A DNA stretch of 64,000 nt from Ophelia neglecta (lineage: Eukaryota), in contig OZ260665.1 of NCBI GenBank assembly GCA_965285935.1, positions 54,374,001 to 54,438,000 on the forward strand. The letters run 5' to 3'. This document shows positions 1-14,900 of the stretch, piece by piece. Under the pieces are notes generated by a model that had not been told where the DNA came from, did no database searches, and saw only the letters and a program-made list of their open reading frames with translations. The translations under genes and the position numbers were made by a program. Positions within the stretch are counted from its first letter, which is position 1; each line of letters begins with the position of its first letter.

Positions 1-1500
1 TAGATCCACACCATAAGTAATAATGCTATGACTTGCAAGTAAACTGTAAAATGTTCTGTAATAATATCTTGAATAATATTATTGGTCTAAGAACTAGAAT
101 TATTAACAATTAAATCTGGCTGGCGGGACTCACCAGAGCATGCCAGGATTTTATCTTGCCAGCTGCCCTTCGAGATAAGGTATGTACACAAAGCCACATG
201 ACAGTTCAGGTTAGCATAAAAGGGCACTTTGGTCAACACTCTACAGCATCAGAGCACCACCTCTTAACACACATTGAAAGTTCCATCTAGAAAGTAAGTT
301 ATTACAAATCATTGTTTCGCGGCTAGTTTTTGATCTGGTGACACAACACCCTATCTCGCTTCTTCTGGCACGTGTTGGTTAAAAAGTGATTGGATTTCAA
401 ATGCAAAATTATGTAGTTTTTTCATTGAAAGTAATTGAGTTCTACTTTCCTTATTAGAATAAAACGACTGCTAAGGTAGATCGAAATATTGATTGATTTA
501 AGCGGTTGTTTATGTTGTATCTTGCAGAAGCCTTAATGTATTCCCCTTATTGCGGACCACGGACCGTGTAAATACTTTTTCGTTGCAAATATTGCAAAAA
601 AGGACGTTTTTAGATAATAAAACAATGGCATTCATTTATGTTCATTTGACCACCCTTATTAAATACTAAATTAAAATCGGCACAGATTTTATTCGACAAA
701 GTGTAAATCTTGAATATACACACACAATATTATGATAAATGGGGCTTCACTCCATATACTACCCCCTTAAGACTAAAGCTGTCGACGAGAGTAAAGGTTG
801 TGGTTGCGTAGAAAAAATTAAAGAGTGAAAGTAAAGCGCATATTGCTCTAGGTGTGTGTATGTTTTATTTTGTTCTTGGGATTGCAACTGCACGAAATCG
901 TAATATAATACTTTAAAGATGGGGTTACCAAGTGATCCTACAATTACATTAAGAATACGTTAACCACTAAGCTTGGCTCCGTCTGAAGCTAGGTAATTAT
1001 GTACATTCCGGGTCAACTCGTTCTTCCTGATAAGTACTGCTGACAAATACACGACTCATGACATCGGACGTTTCCCGAATATAAGGTTTATATTATTGTA
1101 AAATAGATAATTTACAGTTACAATCCGAATTAATATAACAATTGATGACTGTCCTTTAGACAAGTGATGCTCTTAGAAATTTCCCGGTTGCCTTTGTTTA
1201 ATGAACACCTAGGAATTTGAAGTACTAATCTTAAAATAAGTAACTGACTTGTTTGTTTCGTGATTTAAATCATATCTTGCAAACATGTGAACAAATTCAA
1301 ATCAAATGTGAAATCATATTATTTTTATTTATTTATATCATTCTAGCAGTTCCAATTTGGTTCCAAACTTTGCAGCTGTAATGTATTTGGGGGATTGATA
1401 TCAGTGTCGACTGAGGGTTGCTGATAAAATCGAACCGATTTAATGTTTTTCTTTTTGATTGCAGATTCGCACTTTTCTGCTGCTGATTTTCTTTTTCACA

Positions 1501-1562
1501 ACATATATTGTAGCAGAGTCCCCTAATTAAAACATATATTGTGGCAGAGTCTCCGAATTAAA
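1501..1562 (+). repeat. 31-bp imperfect tandem duplication
   Basis: ACATATATTGTAGCAGAGTCCCCTAATTAAA / ACATATATTGTGGCAGAGTCTCCGAATTAAA. Confidence 0.9.
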
Positions 1563-1662
1563 ATACTATGAGAACGAATGAAATAAAAATAAGCATGGAT
1601 GGACGCCTTTATAATATTCCAATAGGAATGTCGTTCTTACCAAAAAGTGAAGACAACTTATG

Positions 1663-1681
1663 AAAAAAAAAAAAAAAAAAA
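1663..1681 (+). repeat. Poly(A)19
   Basis: Direct reading. Confidence 0.95.
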
Positions 1682-2744
1682 TCGTAGCGCGTGCTTATTT
1701 TTTATGAAAAGGCACGGATGACCCCGCGAATCCCCTTGAAAAGGGCCTGGCCTATAACACTAATGTTATCATTTTTTACATAGATTGAGCGGGTCTAATC
1801 ATACTCACAAAATGTAAAAATCAAGAATAAAAGCGAAACTGACCACTTAATATTTGGACCATTCCTTTCATTGTGTTTCAAAAATGGAAACTTGCCAAAA
1901 ACAATAAAATTTACAAGTATTGAAACTTTGTGCATTTTAGCATCTGCATAAGAAGCAATATAGAAATACAACACTGTCGAGGTCCAGTATAAGATGGTAA
2001 ACCATTTGGTTGTTATTGAGCTATAATGGAGGACGCGATTAGCTTACTTTGTACTTTTAAAATGGCCAACGACTGCAAGCTTTGTGATTTATTATCTGTG
2101 CGCCCACATCATTTCAGCACGAACGGAGGTCGCCAACAGGGGAGTTAAATTGTCGGAGTTGCCCTTCGGTGAGGAAAGGTTAAAAGCGTAACCGCATAAA
2201 AAGACTTCCCCTGAATAATAAAAATGGTCGCAGGGGATGGTTTTTGACGCACATATATACAGTCACGAATGTTTTATATCCGGCCAGTATGATTTAGGAG
2301 TCCTGCTGGTTGCTTGAAGGCCATCAGAGTAAAGTAAAAACATGACACTTAATTTTGAATGCTGGATTAACTGATATAGCCATGTTTTAGCTGAAAAATC
2401 TTTATAGGCAAGTGTCTGATAACTGCCCCAAAAACGTTAATGTGCTTATCCCGACAGATATAATCTTTCAGTGGATGATTTTAACACAATCTGCCAGTAA
2501 ACAATATAATTTAATCGTTCAACGTAAATAATGCACGTTTAGTCAGTTTATCTGAATCCTTATATATATGCTACACTCAAACGAAGTAGAAGTAGGCCAG
2601 GAGATAGTTTCCATTGCTAAGGCCTCGAGTCTGACCAAATTGACATTCCCGTGGTTGATATAGGGTATGCCTCCTCGGTATTTTTCTTTTATTGAAAAAA
2701 AAAAGTGAACACTGATCATCCACCATTGGAATATGAGACTAGGC

Positions 2745-5700
2745 CTATTCTTCTTTTACTAATATTAGTAAAAGAGGTAAACTGGTGATAGTAGATTTGG
2801 ACAGCCTATGGAGTTTTCGCTTAAGATTTTTATCATCATTACTAACTAGGGCCAGTTTATTATCACCATCGCTGAATCCAGCGAAGAGCAGACGTTTACA
2901 AAAAGAAGCAACAGAAATATAATATCGACTATTCCTAGCATCGTGCCTCATATTCAGCTCACGTTTTGAAGGCAGAACTATATGAATTGCAGTAGGCACA
3001 GGGTGATTACTAAGGGGCGACCTCGCCCAAAGGGCTATCCTTGATGATGCAAAATGAATAAAGCGATATTTACCATATTTTCGTTTTTCACAGAGGAAAA
3101 CCTTTGATACAGGGATGACGACTGATTTCGTTGCATTATTCACCTCAATCCTATTGATTCACTAAAGTAGCAACCCACACAATAGAATAACAACAAGTTA
3201 TGGCTGTGGAAGGATCTGGACATTGTCCTTGGTCTCTTTTTCTTCCCTTACCGTGTTAATAAATCAAGCCTAACCTTCAGATAGACGCCATGGCATGAGG
3301 CGATTTTGTAATAACCGCCGGCCCATGGCCACAATGCACGCAACCAACAACCCCACCCACATCCCACGTCGCCATTCTACCCACACTGGTAGCCCAAAAT
3401 TAAGCTTAAATCACCAACCAACAGCCGAATTATCAATTAATCGGTACCAGCGCGAAGCACTGTCGGTTCATATGTATCGGCCTTTAAATAAAAAGAATCG
3501 TATCATCATTTTGCATGACTTGTTCTCCTGCGTTATATCGAGAAGGGAAAATATCACTTGCAATTACACAATTGTGTTTTGCCACCTCCCGTGGCTTTAG
3601 TGAATACATATTTCTTCTATTAAGGACTGTGCAGTTGTCCTCTACAGTCGACTCATTCTCATTTAGACTATTGCCGGAAAAAGTATTGAAAAGTCCTGTG
3701 CAGTCAGCCATTTTATGCACTTTCTCCTGGGTATATACTAGGGCTTAGGTTATTTGTTATTCCTATACTCAAGCAGTGTGAATGACATAGCCGCGGATCA
3801 AGAGCTCTGTGGCTCCTCATTTGTAGCTTCATACATATTTTATGACGAAAACACTTATAATAGAAAATGTTACAAGATCATTGATGCATTACCCTTAATA
3901 TATTATTCACTTTAATAAGAATATTATATGCCACGTTGGAAATTCTTATAGTCGTAGTCTTATGCGCGTATGATTATGTTGTTATCCTCGACCTACACAT
4001 AGTATACATGCCATATGCATGCAACTGGTCTAAGCATGGAATGCTTATTGGATACTTGCATCTGAGTTGAGATGCTTGCGACCAGGCGATAACAGAATCT
4101 GCTCCGTCTTTTAAGTGCGTTACTAGCTGGTAAGGTGTTAAAGCGTGGAATTTCGAACGGTTACTGACAAGCTTTCCATCTAAATGAGGACCAGTTCTAA
4201 CTTTGTTAGTCCTTCCCAATTAATGTCAAAAAAACAGATGACATTGCAGTACCTGCCTCTTGGCTCCCTTGTGCAAAAAATGACAATGTAATGCTTGTTC
4301 CCCGGCTACGCAAACCTTATATTCGTTCCCATGCTCTGAACGAGTCATGACAGGCCCCTGGACCTTTGTATTTGGTTTGTCGACATGTTGTAATTTTCTA
4401 ATGTCGTTCTGTAAATACAGCAACCCATTATGTGTCGAAAGAAAAAAAACATTAGGCGTTTATAAGAGATGTTTATTATATTTTCGCGAGTCTGAGATAA
4501 AAGGTACATCCTCTAATACGATGAGAAGCGGAGTAAAATGAGTAATATAATTAATGAGCACACGGCAAGCAGATTATTTCCACGCAGTAAGTAGCCTTAT
4601 TCCACGATCGACGTGCACGGATTAAGATTTCAATTATTGCGGGATTCATTTGAACCAGTCCCGAAGTAACCATGCATAATCCCCCCCCCCCCCACACACA
4701 CATAACCGACATTTTAACTGAATTAAGATCACTGTGGTTGATATTGAGTTTGAATTAGAATTCTCCATTCTTTACAATGGGCTGGTTTTAAGTGGGAAGA
4801 AAAACTTATTATTTTCGCATATTGCTCTTTTTGCAAGAATATACCGGTGTTGACTTCTAATTCTCTCAGGGACCCACAAATAGTTGCTTACAATTGCAAA
4901 TTTGTCCCTGGGTTCTAATCTTTGAGGCATTCTTTGTGTTACACAGCGCGTGTAGGAATACAAATTCGAAGGTTTCACAAAGCATGAAAATTGTGTTGGA
5001 TGTGGTGATTAAGAGGCTATAGAGGGGAAACAAATATATTATTAATGTCAGTTACCTGTATTTGCCCGGTATGTATACACATACTCTATTTGCTTTTGTA
5101 AATTACAACTTTTTATAATTTGTACGTTCGCGTTTCAGGGGAGTTCACGGGATGACTGGGCGTCAGGGTCCGTTGAGAGAGAACTATCTATTTACCTGCT
5201 GTTGTACCTGGGCTGATGAGCTATAGGTAGGAAGGCAAACCCATCTACGTAGTGACGCAGATAAAAGGGCGCAGGTGCCTGTCATATTGTTCGGATACAA
5301 GCAATTTGTGAATTTCGCGTTCCGGGGACATGGCTCTTGTAGAATGTTCAATTCCTCACATTGAGATAAGACTACAGTTCTGATATCGTCACAATCTAGA
5401 GATAGAAACACTCATATGCGCCGTAACAAAGCCACCACCAAATTACTAGATTCATTTGCGGTCAGAATATCAATATCAGTCCAAGGTGACCTTTCAGAAA
5501 ATACTGTATAAACTGGTCTGACTTATCTTGATCCTCACTGCCAATGAAAAGGTGTTCTGATTGTGACACAAGATATTTTGGGTATGAAGCACTTGCGAGC
5601 ATGTAACCAGATGCGACTTAGCCGAGGCGACTATAGTACTAGGGCTAGACAATGAAGTGAGACTAGGCTAAGCTTCAACTTCCCTACAGCATAGCTTTTG

Positions 5701-6330
5701 ATGTACATAGGGAAACCAATAATCTTTGGGTCATCGTCAATTGGTGCCGTTGAATTCCTGTGACAATATCCTGTTTCCAGAAATTACTATCCAAAAATTC
5801 TTTAGAATGAATGTTGCAACTGGTAACACTTTATAAAATATATAAGAAATATTCTTGGGGGAACGCATGTAGGAGGCAACTTTACCGGCCGATAGCGACT
5901 CCTTCCGGAGACGATCGACCCCCTAAGAAACCGATTCCAGGAGGAAACATTCCTAGGAGGAACACATTCCAGGAGGAGGATGTCCCTGGAGGACGCAATT
6001 CCTGGAGGATGCGATTACTCGGGTTAAATAGAAGGTATTGGTGTGGTTGTAAACCGACTGCAGGGGGAAGCGATTGGTGGATGAAACGATTCCTTGGTGA
6101 AGCAAACCTTGGAGGTAACGAATGTTGAGATAACGATTGCTGCATGAATCTACTAGCTGCAGAAAGAGTTTTCTGCGGGAAATGGTTGGAAGCAAGTCTC
6201 GCCGCCCACCCCCTCTCCCAGCCTCTACTAATTTGTTTTCAAGATCCCATCTATACGGATGCAATATTTTTTTTAGTAATCTCTCAAGTTCTATGGATCT
6301 ACTTCCGCCCTCTCGGCAATAAATTCTTAT
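2745..6330 (-). pseudogene. Unidentified decayed coding-like block (TE- or virus-derived relic?)
   Basis: Eight minus-strand ORF fragments tile the interval, several extending through single stops or frameshifts. No recognisable domain. Confidence 0.35.
5935..6010 (-). repeat. Degenerate ~15-18-bp repeat encoding PPG-like units on the minus strand
   Basis: About five TCC(A/T)GGAGGA-like units on the plus strand; the minus strand reads HPPG, RPPG, HPPPGM, FPPGI across frames. Confidence 0.6.
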
Positions 6331-7157
6331 CGGCCCCTTGTCTCAGGTGTTCAAGCTGTGAAATAGGCCTGAAAGCCATTTAAAACCATAGTACTTGGAT
6401 GTGCTTTTTTGTTTCTGACGGTTCTATCGTTGCTGAATATATATACTGTCCAATCATCGCAGTGCTATCTATAAGAAAGTGTACTCAGCATCTTTGTTCA
6501 ATCCTGCCAGGAAGCTATAGTGTTTCTTTTCACTATATGAATGAATGTTTGATGGAGGTAATTTTTCTGTCATGTTTGTACTGTCCTTTAAAATATTGAT
6601 AATTGACGGGGGAACGTCGAAATATACTCCCGACACAGAAATATTTAGCCTGATTTTCCATCTCCCTAATCAATACAGCTACTAAAAAGAAGAACTCATC
6701 GCTATCCTTGCAGACAACTTATTTTGTCTGCAATAAAACCGTTAGCAAATCATTTAAATGGCCAATTTTGATGGCTTCATCCGGCTCAAAAGTCATTATT
6801 GTGGAAGCTTCCACGCAGTCTCTACATAAGCAGTACAACCGACGACAATGGCAGCCATTCCCTGTTCCTGGGGATTTATTCCTTTCCCAATTTCCATTTT
6901 TTAAAACTACAAATAAACTTTATGAACAAAATTTATTTCCTAGAACTGGCTCCTAGTTTGTCTTTAAAATAAAGTACTTATATTTGGCGTTGAGTTAACT
7001 CAAGCAAAAGACTTAAGGTGCCAACAAACACAAACGCTGCCACCCTTGTATATAATCCACATGTACTCATTTTCCTTCACTTTATTCTCCGATCCCATCT
7101 GAAACGTTTTGATTAAATAAAAAGGGAAAAGAAAAGCAACCGTAAATATGGTACCCT

Positions 7158-7173
7158 CCCCCCCCCCCCCCCC
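7158..7173 (+). repeat. Poly(C)16
   Basis: Direct reading. Confidence 0.95.
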
Positions 7174-8682
7174 ATGTCCAGCGAATATATAATGTTTCTT
7201 TCTGTTGGCTGTCTAAAGGTCATCCTTTGGAAAGCCACGGCCATTTCAAATTTCCGTTTGCAATAAAATGACTGGCTTGTAAGAGTGATGGATTGCCTAA
7301 AGCCTTTCTCTCACGCTACCTGGTCATAACTAAGGTCTTTCCATCCACTGTCTTCTGGCTTTCCTAAACTATAAACTATAACATCCCTTTCTTAAGACAC
7401 GAATACTTTCTGGATATATTCGCCAGACAATTTGTCAGATAAATATGCCCGCTGAACACGGACTCGCCGGTGAAATGGCGGAGGTCATATTTAAAACTGA
7501 TGGTAATGTCTTGTGGAGAATAATGATTAATATTGTTCCGATAAATCAAGCTTCATATTCATTTGCTTTTGAACTTGTTTCAGAGAGCTTTTCGTCTGAA
7601 CGGTGGCAACCGGCCGATTCGGATGATAATCGAGTAATTGCAAACGCTTTATAACTGAATGTGTTTGTCAAGCGAACATCTCAAACTCCTGGTAAACTAA
7701 GATAAGAGACGAAGTGCCGCTATTACACAAACAATTATTTGTGCCTGAGGTAGTCGGTGCAAGCACCGTACTTCAGATTCCAGCAGGATTGTTGCACTAA
7801 AACTAGCCCACATCATTCGTGTACAAGCAGATTTACAATATCTATATACTTCAATTTGGTATAACAACTCTCTACATGAATAATAGATAACCGTTTATAT
7901 AGGCTTTCATCTGATATCCGACTGCAAGGATGTCACTAGCTTTTTATTCCTAGTAAGTCAAGGCAGCTCTTTCACAAATTCCTACAAAAAAATTTCAGGA
8001 AAAAGTTCGGCTAATGGGGAAATAATGGTGTCCAACATGACATGGTGGGCACACAAACACGGCCATTTGACACAATTTAGATCACTATGTATCATTCTAC
8101 ATGTCTCTTTGGCTCTTTGTGAAATATGTTCGTCATAAAATTATGCGGAAATGGCAATGGGTATACCTACAACCATGCTTAGATACGGATATACACCATT
8201 CTGCTGATTTAAGTGCCATGCTCGTGCTCGATATCTGTATTCTTTTAGATGCAATTTACCACATCAAGCTTTAAACGTATTAATAATATGTCTGAAATAA
8301 AACGTAATATACACATTACGAATTATTGTCCGTGATCTCTTAGAGCTAAACATGCCTAAACGACCGTTACTTGCTGAGCATTCTGCTCTGTTAGTTCGTA
8401 GCTTTAAATAAGAGCATGCCACGCAACTGCCAGACACGAAAGCAAAATCCGGCTCTCAGGCCGAAATGATGCAATTTGGTTTTGTAAAGGAGCAAAACAA
8501 TCTGGCAAATTGGCCTCGCACTTCCGATAACAAATTACACTGCCAACTAATTTACAGAATAAAAAAAGGAGGAAAAAATATAATCTCTTATGTTCAATAT
8601 AATCTGACCGCAAGCAGACAGAAAAAAGAAAATCCTGAACTTTTCTGTATAAACAGAAAGCGAAAATATTCACGCGATTTTA

Positions 8683-8945
8683 GTGAAAGAAAGGGCGAGG
8701 AATGGAGGGGGTGTGCAAGAAGAACGGGAGGGGTTAAGAGAAATGGGATGGGTGGCATAATGAGGTGAGTTAAGAAAAGGTGGAGAGTTGGGAGAGGAGA
8801 GGGGATGGTTAGGGTAGAAGGTTGTAAGGACGACGAGTTGCGAGAGGGACTACAAGTTAACAAAGGAAAGACATGCACTGGGATAGCGAGGAAGGACGGA
8901 GGTTGGAGGAAGGAAGTACAACGGGCATGCGGCAGGGAGTGATGC
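8683..8945 (+). repeat. Purine (GA)-rich low-complexity tract
   Basis: Strong G/A strand bias, which also explains the overlapping spurious ORFs. Confidence 0.75.
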
Positions 8946-11900
8946 AAGAGACTTTGCAAAATCAAATAGTTTCGTTTAATAAGTCTGCTCAATTATTCCA
9001 CATGCAACCTAGGAGAATTATGAGCGCATTGGATATTTTTTCCAATCATTATATAATCACGCTGCAAGCGGGCTCACGCATAAGTACTATAATCGACCAA
9101 TATGATGAAGTCTTGTTAGAACTGTTCGGCAATTGTCCATGATTTCATGACCTTGTTATTTTACAAGAGGTTCTCAACAATTTCAAAACTGCTCAGTCTC
9201 ACAAAGAAAAGGATCACCAACTACATTTACTAACTGCGCCTGTGCACACTCACTTTACCAGACAATTTCCACTGGAGGCCGGTCTGCTAACATTCAGAAT
9301 CAGAACTCTTATTTCGTTAATTCAATCGTGTATACAAGTGTAGGCCCCTGTGTGCCGTATTAATATATGCAAAGGAATCACTCGAAGAAAGGCAATGGCA
9401 AGGTGAGAATAAACCCTGGAAGGGCACTAGTCCACTATCGCTAGGGCAGTCTTTTACAATACATGTACATAAAAGAGTGATTGATGCGGTTTTCACGTCC
9501 AAACACAGCAACCAAAGAAAAGTAGGTCAAGGCCAATGCTATGATCTGGAATGGCGGAATGGACAATCATTGAAATTCAAGAAAATTCTCGCATTTCTGT
9601 GGATTATACAGCCAGCTGCCAGATGCAGGGCCAAGAGGGGAACACTTTGTAAGGGCCATCTTATTTCAACTTATTGCCGGTGTAGAATCTTTTTATAGAC
9701 TCTTTGGATCAAAGATAAGCTCGAAACCGTTACCCTCAATAACTCAAACCAGCTCTCAAACCATATCTCTGTGCAGGTCATAGGCTGCATTCTCTACAAA
9801 TCTGATTAAAATCAGACCAGTAGTTTTTTATTTATCTTGACCAAATACACTCACAGACAAGAAGATGAAAAATCTTCGTCCACTTAGGAAAAGATAATAA
9901 ATAGAACTGTTTGGTCAGTCAGGTAAACAGCGATAATAGACACTACGAAAATGTACTACCTGAAAACAAATAATATGAGTAAAATGTGCCATACAATAGT
10001 TCACCACCGAAACAGAACATACTAACTTATTTCAGTGTTATTCCCTTAGTATGTGGAAAAAAATGACATACCGTGGAAAAGCACATACATTCCATTTTAT
10101 CCTCTTTGTTTAAATTGTTGCAATAAGCATGATCTGTGTTTATACATTTTAATTTAACAGAAGGCAGAAATGAAAGTGAAACTACAAATATAACACTACG
10201 GCAATACCGTATTGAACTAGGATAAGGAAAGAGAAAGCTATCACACGACATTCCTGAAGCATTCCGTAGTCCACAGATCATAACCAGGTATGATCTGGAC
10301 ATTGACTTTACCCAACAAGGATCCCAGGCTTAGGCGACAAATTAAATACATGGTGGGTTGTTTGGGCGTGTGGGTTATAAATGGTGTGCATGATGTTACC
10401 AAGACCGACCATATTAAAGCGATCAGATAAAACCCAATACGTCCTTCTTGTCTTAAAGCGTTTCTAACATAGTACCAAAAAAATAATTCAATTCAAGAAA
10501 TGCCGAATGTAAGTAATATGATAACACTAAATTTATTTTCCAGAAGAAAGTTCGTTGGAGCACACTTGGATATATTCAACTGCAAACGCATACGTTCCTT
10601 CTCTAAGCTTCTGAAATTGTGGTTTAATATAAAAAAGACAAGCATGATAATCAACGCCGCTTTCAACGATAATAGAAGGACTGCCATTGTACACTTAATC
10701 AATGTTCTTTGCATTAAAGTTCAGCCTTGAGCTCAACCTGTAGACCGTTCTATTTCGGCGGTAGAGTCAATACGTGTGTTGACTGGTTTGAGTGCTTCGT
10801 GACAATCCATCATTTCAGCTTGTCACACCAAAAAGGTCCCAACGTCAGAGAGTATTTATAAATTATGGCATCAAGTGGAATGATTTTGCAATTTGTTTAA
10901 AAAACATTGCTAATTGCAAGGTACCTCCACTCGGATCAACATAGACGTTAAAATTGTTTACTCTGAATATGTCAGAGTGGCTAACCTTTTCATTGTCGAT
11001 TAGAAGGTTTATCCTCTGATTGCCACAGTACACTTATAGAGGCTGTATTGCGAAAATATGATCATTCAGAATGTGGTCGGTTATATATGTCCTATATATT
11101 TATTGCCTTGCGCATTAAGCTTAGTACCTAATTCGAATTAGAAACTGTTAATGCAAGCAACTTACTAAACGTCTTTCCAAACCATTTAACAAAATGACCA
11201 ATAAAAATACCTGTGCTACTATTTTTCGTCAAGCATATTAAAGAAAATTAATTTCAAGTTCCTACGCATTGATAATCTATAATCAGATATATTATAAACT
11301 TCAAATTCTAAGTAATAACTTCTTTACAACTAAAATTAAGCACAAACAATAATACGTTTCTCATCAAAAAGTAAGACATCGTGCACACATATTCACTTAT
11401 GAACGGCGTTCACGATACATTTCATTTAGGAAACTGCATAATATGGAAATGCATAGGTCAGGCATGCTTTCTGCGAAAGTCACACTACAAACTTGAAACA
11501 AGATTGATACTTTTGTTTGACAACTTTTATGGCCCAAATAGATATGCTAAACAAGAGTTTTATTTGCAAACATTTACAAAAAAAAAACGTTCATAGCATT
11601 GAACCAGTTTAATAAAGTGCCACAAGCAACCCAAACTGTCGTTAATCAATGATTGATTGATTAGTTGATTGTAATGCATCATTCACTACGTGCTTATTAA
11701 TTGTACAATAGACAGGCACAAAAGAAAGCATGTCAGACTGAGAACAAGTATGGTAAGGACTCTCACAAATACATGTATGTGCTTGTTTTAATATAATGCG
11801 ACCACAAACCCTACAAATGTTTAGACGTGTTGTTTGCTTCTCATGCTGAAATTGGAACCGCGTGTAAATTATTTCATGAAATTTATTTTACCGAAATTTC

Positions 11901-14900
11901 ACAGGGATGAGCGCTATAGATTTCTCAAAGTCACTTTGCAGTCTACTACTCCTATGAAATTACACAAATGCAACCGCAAAGTTAATCCATTTGTATTGAC
12001 TGAATTTGTATCATCGCACGGCAATTTTGTCATTTCTGATTTCTATTAAAATAACCAATAGAACGTTCATAGGATTGAACACACTCCGAATGAAGTTTAT
12101 AAAAGTGATGTGGTATATTTTTAGCCGATCGAATGTTTATTCGCTTTCCAGACATCTACATATAATTGAAAACCAATGATGTGGTTAAGAAGCTCGTCAG
12201 AGGAGAATGATACTAATACGACGAATACCAGTTCTTATGTCATTGAATATAAGAAAGTGGTCACAAAGTCAGAAAGTATCCTGCTCTTCTCCGTAATGCA
12301 GGACTATATATATATATATTCCACGAGCTACAACGGTGATTATAAACTTTGCCCAAAATAACATTTTTCATCTTGTTCCATAAAAACAGACATTATTTGC
12401 TCTTAATTCTGCACCAGACACCTCCTGTTGTTGTTGTATAGTAGGCCAGTCGAAAAAGGACCCTGTCTGCTAGAAGCAAGAATCTTGTTTCTATTTTGTA
12501 AACATCTAGGGATGTAGTATTTGGTAGAAAGTAATTTTTGAGTGGTGGTAGTGATCAATGAACTCACCAAGTGGATATACACTTCATACATCTTTAGTCA
12601 CATACAATTTTAGTCTTGTCTATATTTATTGACATTCTGTTAGGTTTACAACAATATTTAGATAATAGGTGTTGTCAGGTTAAGCATCATTGGCGGCGCA
12701 AAAATTACTCAAATTGGCAAATGTACAATATAAAGGTACCAGGGCATTAAGACAACGGTGGATCCGTGAAAAAGGTCAAAAAATCCAGCGCGATTTAGAC
12801 AATAAACAACTTAAGATGTTGTAATGTACACACCTACATACGAAAGCGTGGACTTAGTTTTAAAATGAGACACATTGCTGTATGTTTTTAACACATAGGA
12901 GCGGCCATAGTTTGTACCCATTGTAACAGTGTGATTTGATATACATGTATAAGGAACACAAAATGTATATACCCGTAGAAGAGAAAATCAACTAGTTTAA
13001 CATTCAACTGGTTTTGTAATCGCTGGGTAGCAAGCGTTTCAATACAACAACAAAATACAAATAATTTTCCAAATACTCAACTATTCCCTTGCAAAATAAT
13101 GGTACACCGCCATATAATACATCTATTTTTTCCTTTTCTTTCTTTGATGAAGAAACGAGTCAAAGGTCAAAGTAGGAAAGAGAGGAAATGTTCCCCAAGA
13201 ACGTCTATGATGGTGAAAGCCATCTCATAAGTCAGAACCGCAACGTGGCTTACGAGTGCTAAACCCTACTGACAAAAGTCATAGATTATGCAAGGAATAC
13301 GCTGGTGGTTTTGGACTGCGCATTATGTCTAATTGTATTGTTTTTCACTGCTTCTTTTAGTTAAATGTTGAGAAATCACACAACAGATATTTCGCAGGTG
13401 ATCTTATTTACTTTATAACATTAACTGATAGACCTAAAAATACCACAAGAAGACATTTGAGTAGCCTAGTCAAGATAACGACATATACGTTAACATCATG
13501 TCTCCGAAGGTGTACCTGCTGCTCTGTGCTAGGAACAGAATGAAGTCAAATGTGTCTTTGTTCAGTTCCATTACAGATTCTTTCTTCTGTTGCAGTTTTA
13601 CTTAACCTCTCAGTGGATGTCTACTGGTCCTGCTGCAAGGAGCTGAAACCAGAGTGGATTGCTTTTTCACAACTGAGTGCAAATGCATCCTCTTTTCGTC
13701 AAAGAAGCACGTGCTTTGTGGAAAACCTTGCAAGTAGACTCCGTTTTGGTATTAAGCAGGAAACCGATGGCTTGTAAGGGCCAAACATATCAAATAACAC
13801 GCAGTGGTAGAGTTAAGAAAAAGGGACCGTCTTCAACGTGAAAATACTACCAGTAACTGTCCTGCAGTACCGTTAAGTCCATGATATGATGGCATTGTGC
13901 ACTGGCTAACTTTACTACCTCATCATATAGAAATATGGTTCAGCGCCAATATATCCTTTGTTAAGACATGTTATACCATTTCATATAATGTGCAAGAAAA
14001 AGCATTGACAAACATAAAATGAGGAACTATAGTATTTATAGTATCTTTTATTGATACAAGAGGTCCATGATAAGGACTGGTTGAATTTAGTGACAGAAGG
14101 CAAGATTTGGAAATTGTCTATAACTGAACGTAACAAGTACTTGTTGCATCACAAACTTCCTCTCACTGGCAAGAGAGCAAAGCATGCCAGCATATCAAAT
14201 ATTTTAGGTAGTGAGGTCTGACATATGCCATGTGAGATTTGTTAATTAGTTATCACTATAAAGGTTGCGACGTACCAACAAATTGAACCGTGTGGGGGCA
14301 AACAACAAAAAATATGCTTCAGAAATCATCCGAACTAGTACTCAGGCGACCTTAATTAAACCCTTTCCCTTATATGATAACAGTATGAACACGTATACAA
14401 GACATTATACTCCATAAGCATCCAAGGCCGCCTTGCAAAAACTCACACAATGTTTAAATTAAATAGTGCATGTGAATAAATAACAGCAAAATTAACTAAT
14501 TCATTTTTCACCCACAAATATTTTAACAGGAGAATCATTAATAAATGAGAGTAAACTTGCGTACGGACACGCACCAGGGAACTGCATGCGGCTCAGCAAA
14601 CCTGCCAACGAACTTATGCTTCACACACCAGTACAATACATAAATGTCATTATTTCTTCTTTGCAAACCATTCCCTATATTCATTGGCAAATCATATGAA
14701 AACAGAATACATCACGTTTCCATCTGCTTACGAATGAAAGTAATCAGGTACTTAAACAAGTAGTGTTGTTTTACGACAAACAATCGTCCAAATAAATATC
14801 CAAAAATGACCATCTTCATAAATTCAGTCCGAGCGACAGTAAATCCTTCAAAAAATAACCAAAGGGAGCCCAGATTATTCATCGGCATTATGAACAAATG

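Noticed and set aside
3360-3374. Gypsy-like primer binding site (TGGCGACGTGGGAT, minus strand)
   Set aside because: Only a partial match to a tRNA 3' end, with no adjacent LTR end or paired LTR.
8466-8992. 100-132 aa overlapping ORFs
   Set aside because: By-product of a GA-rich low-complexity tract.
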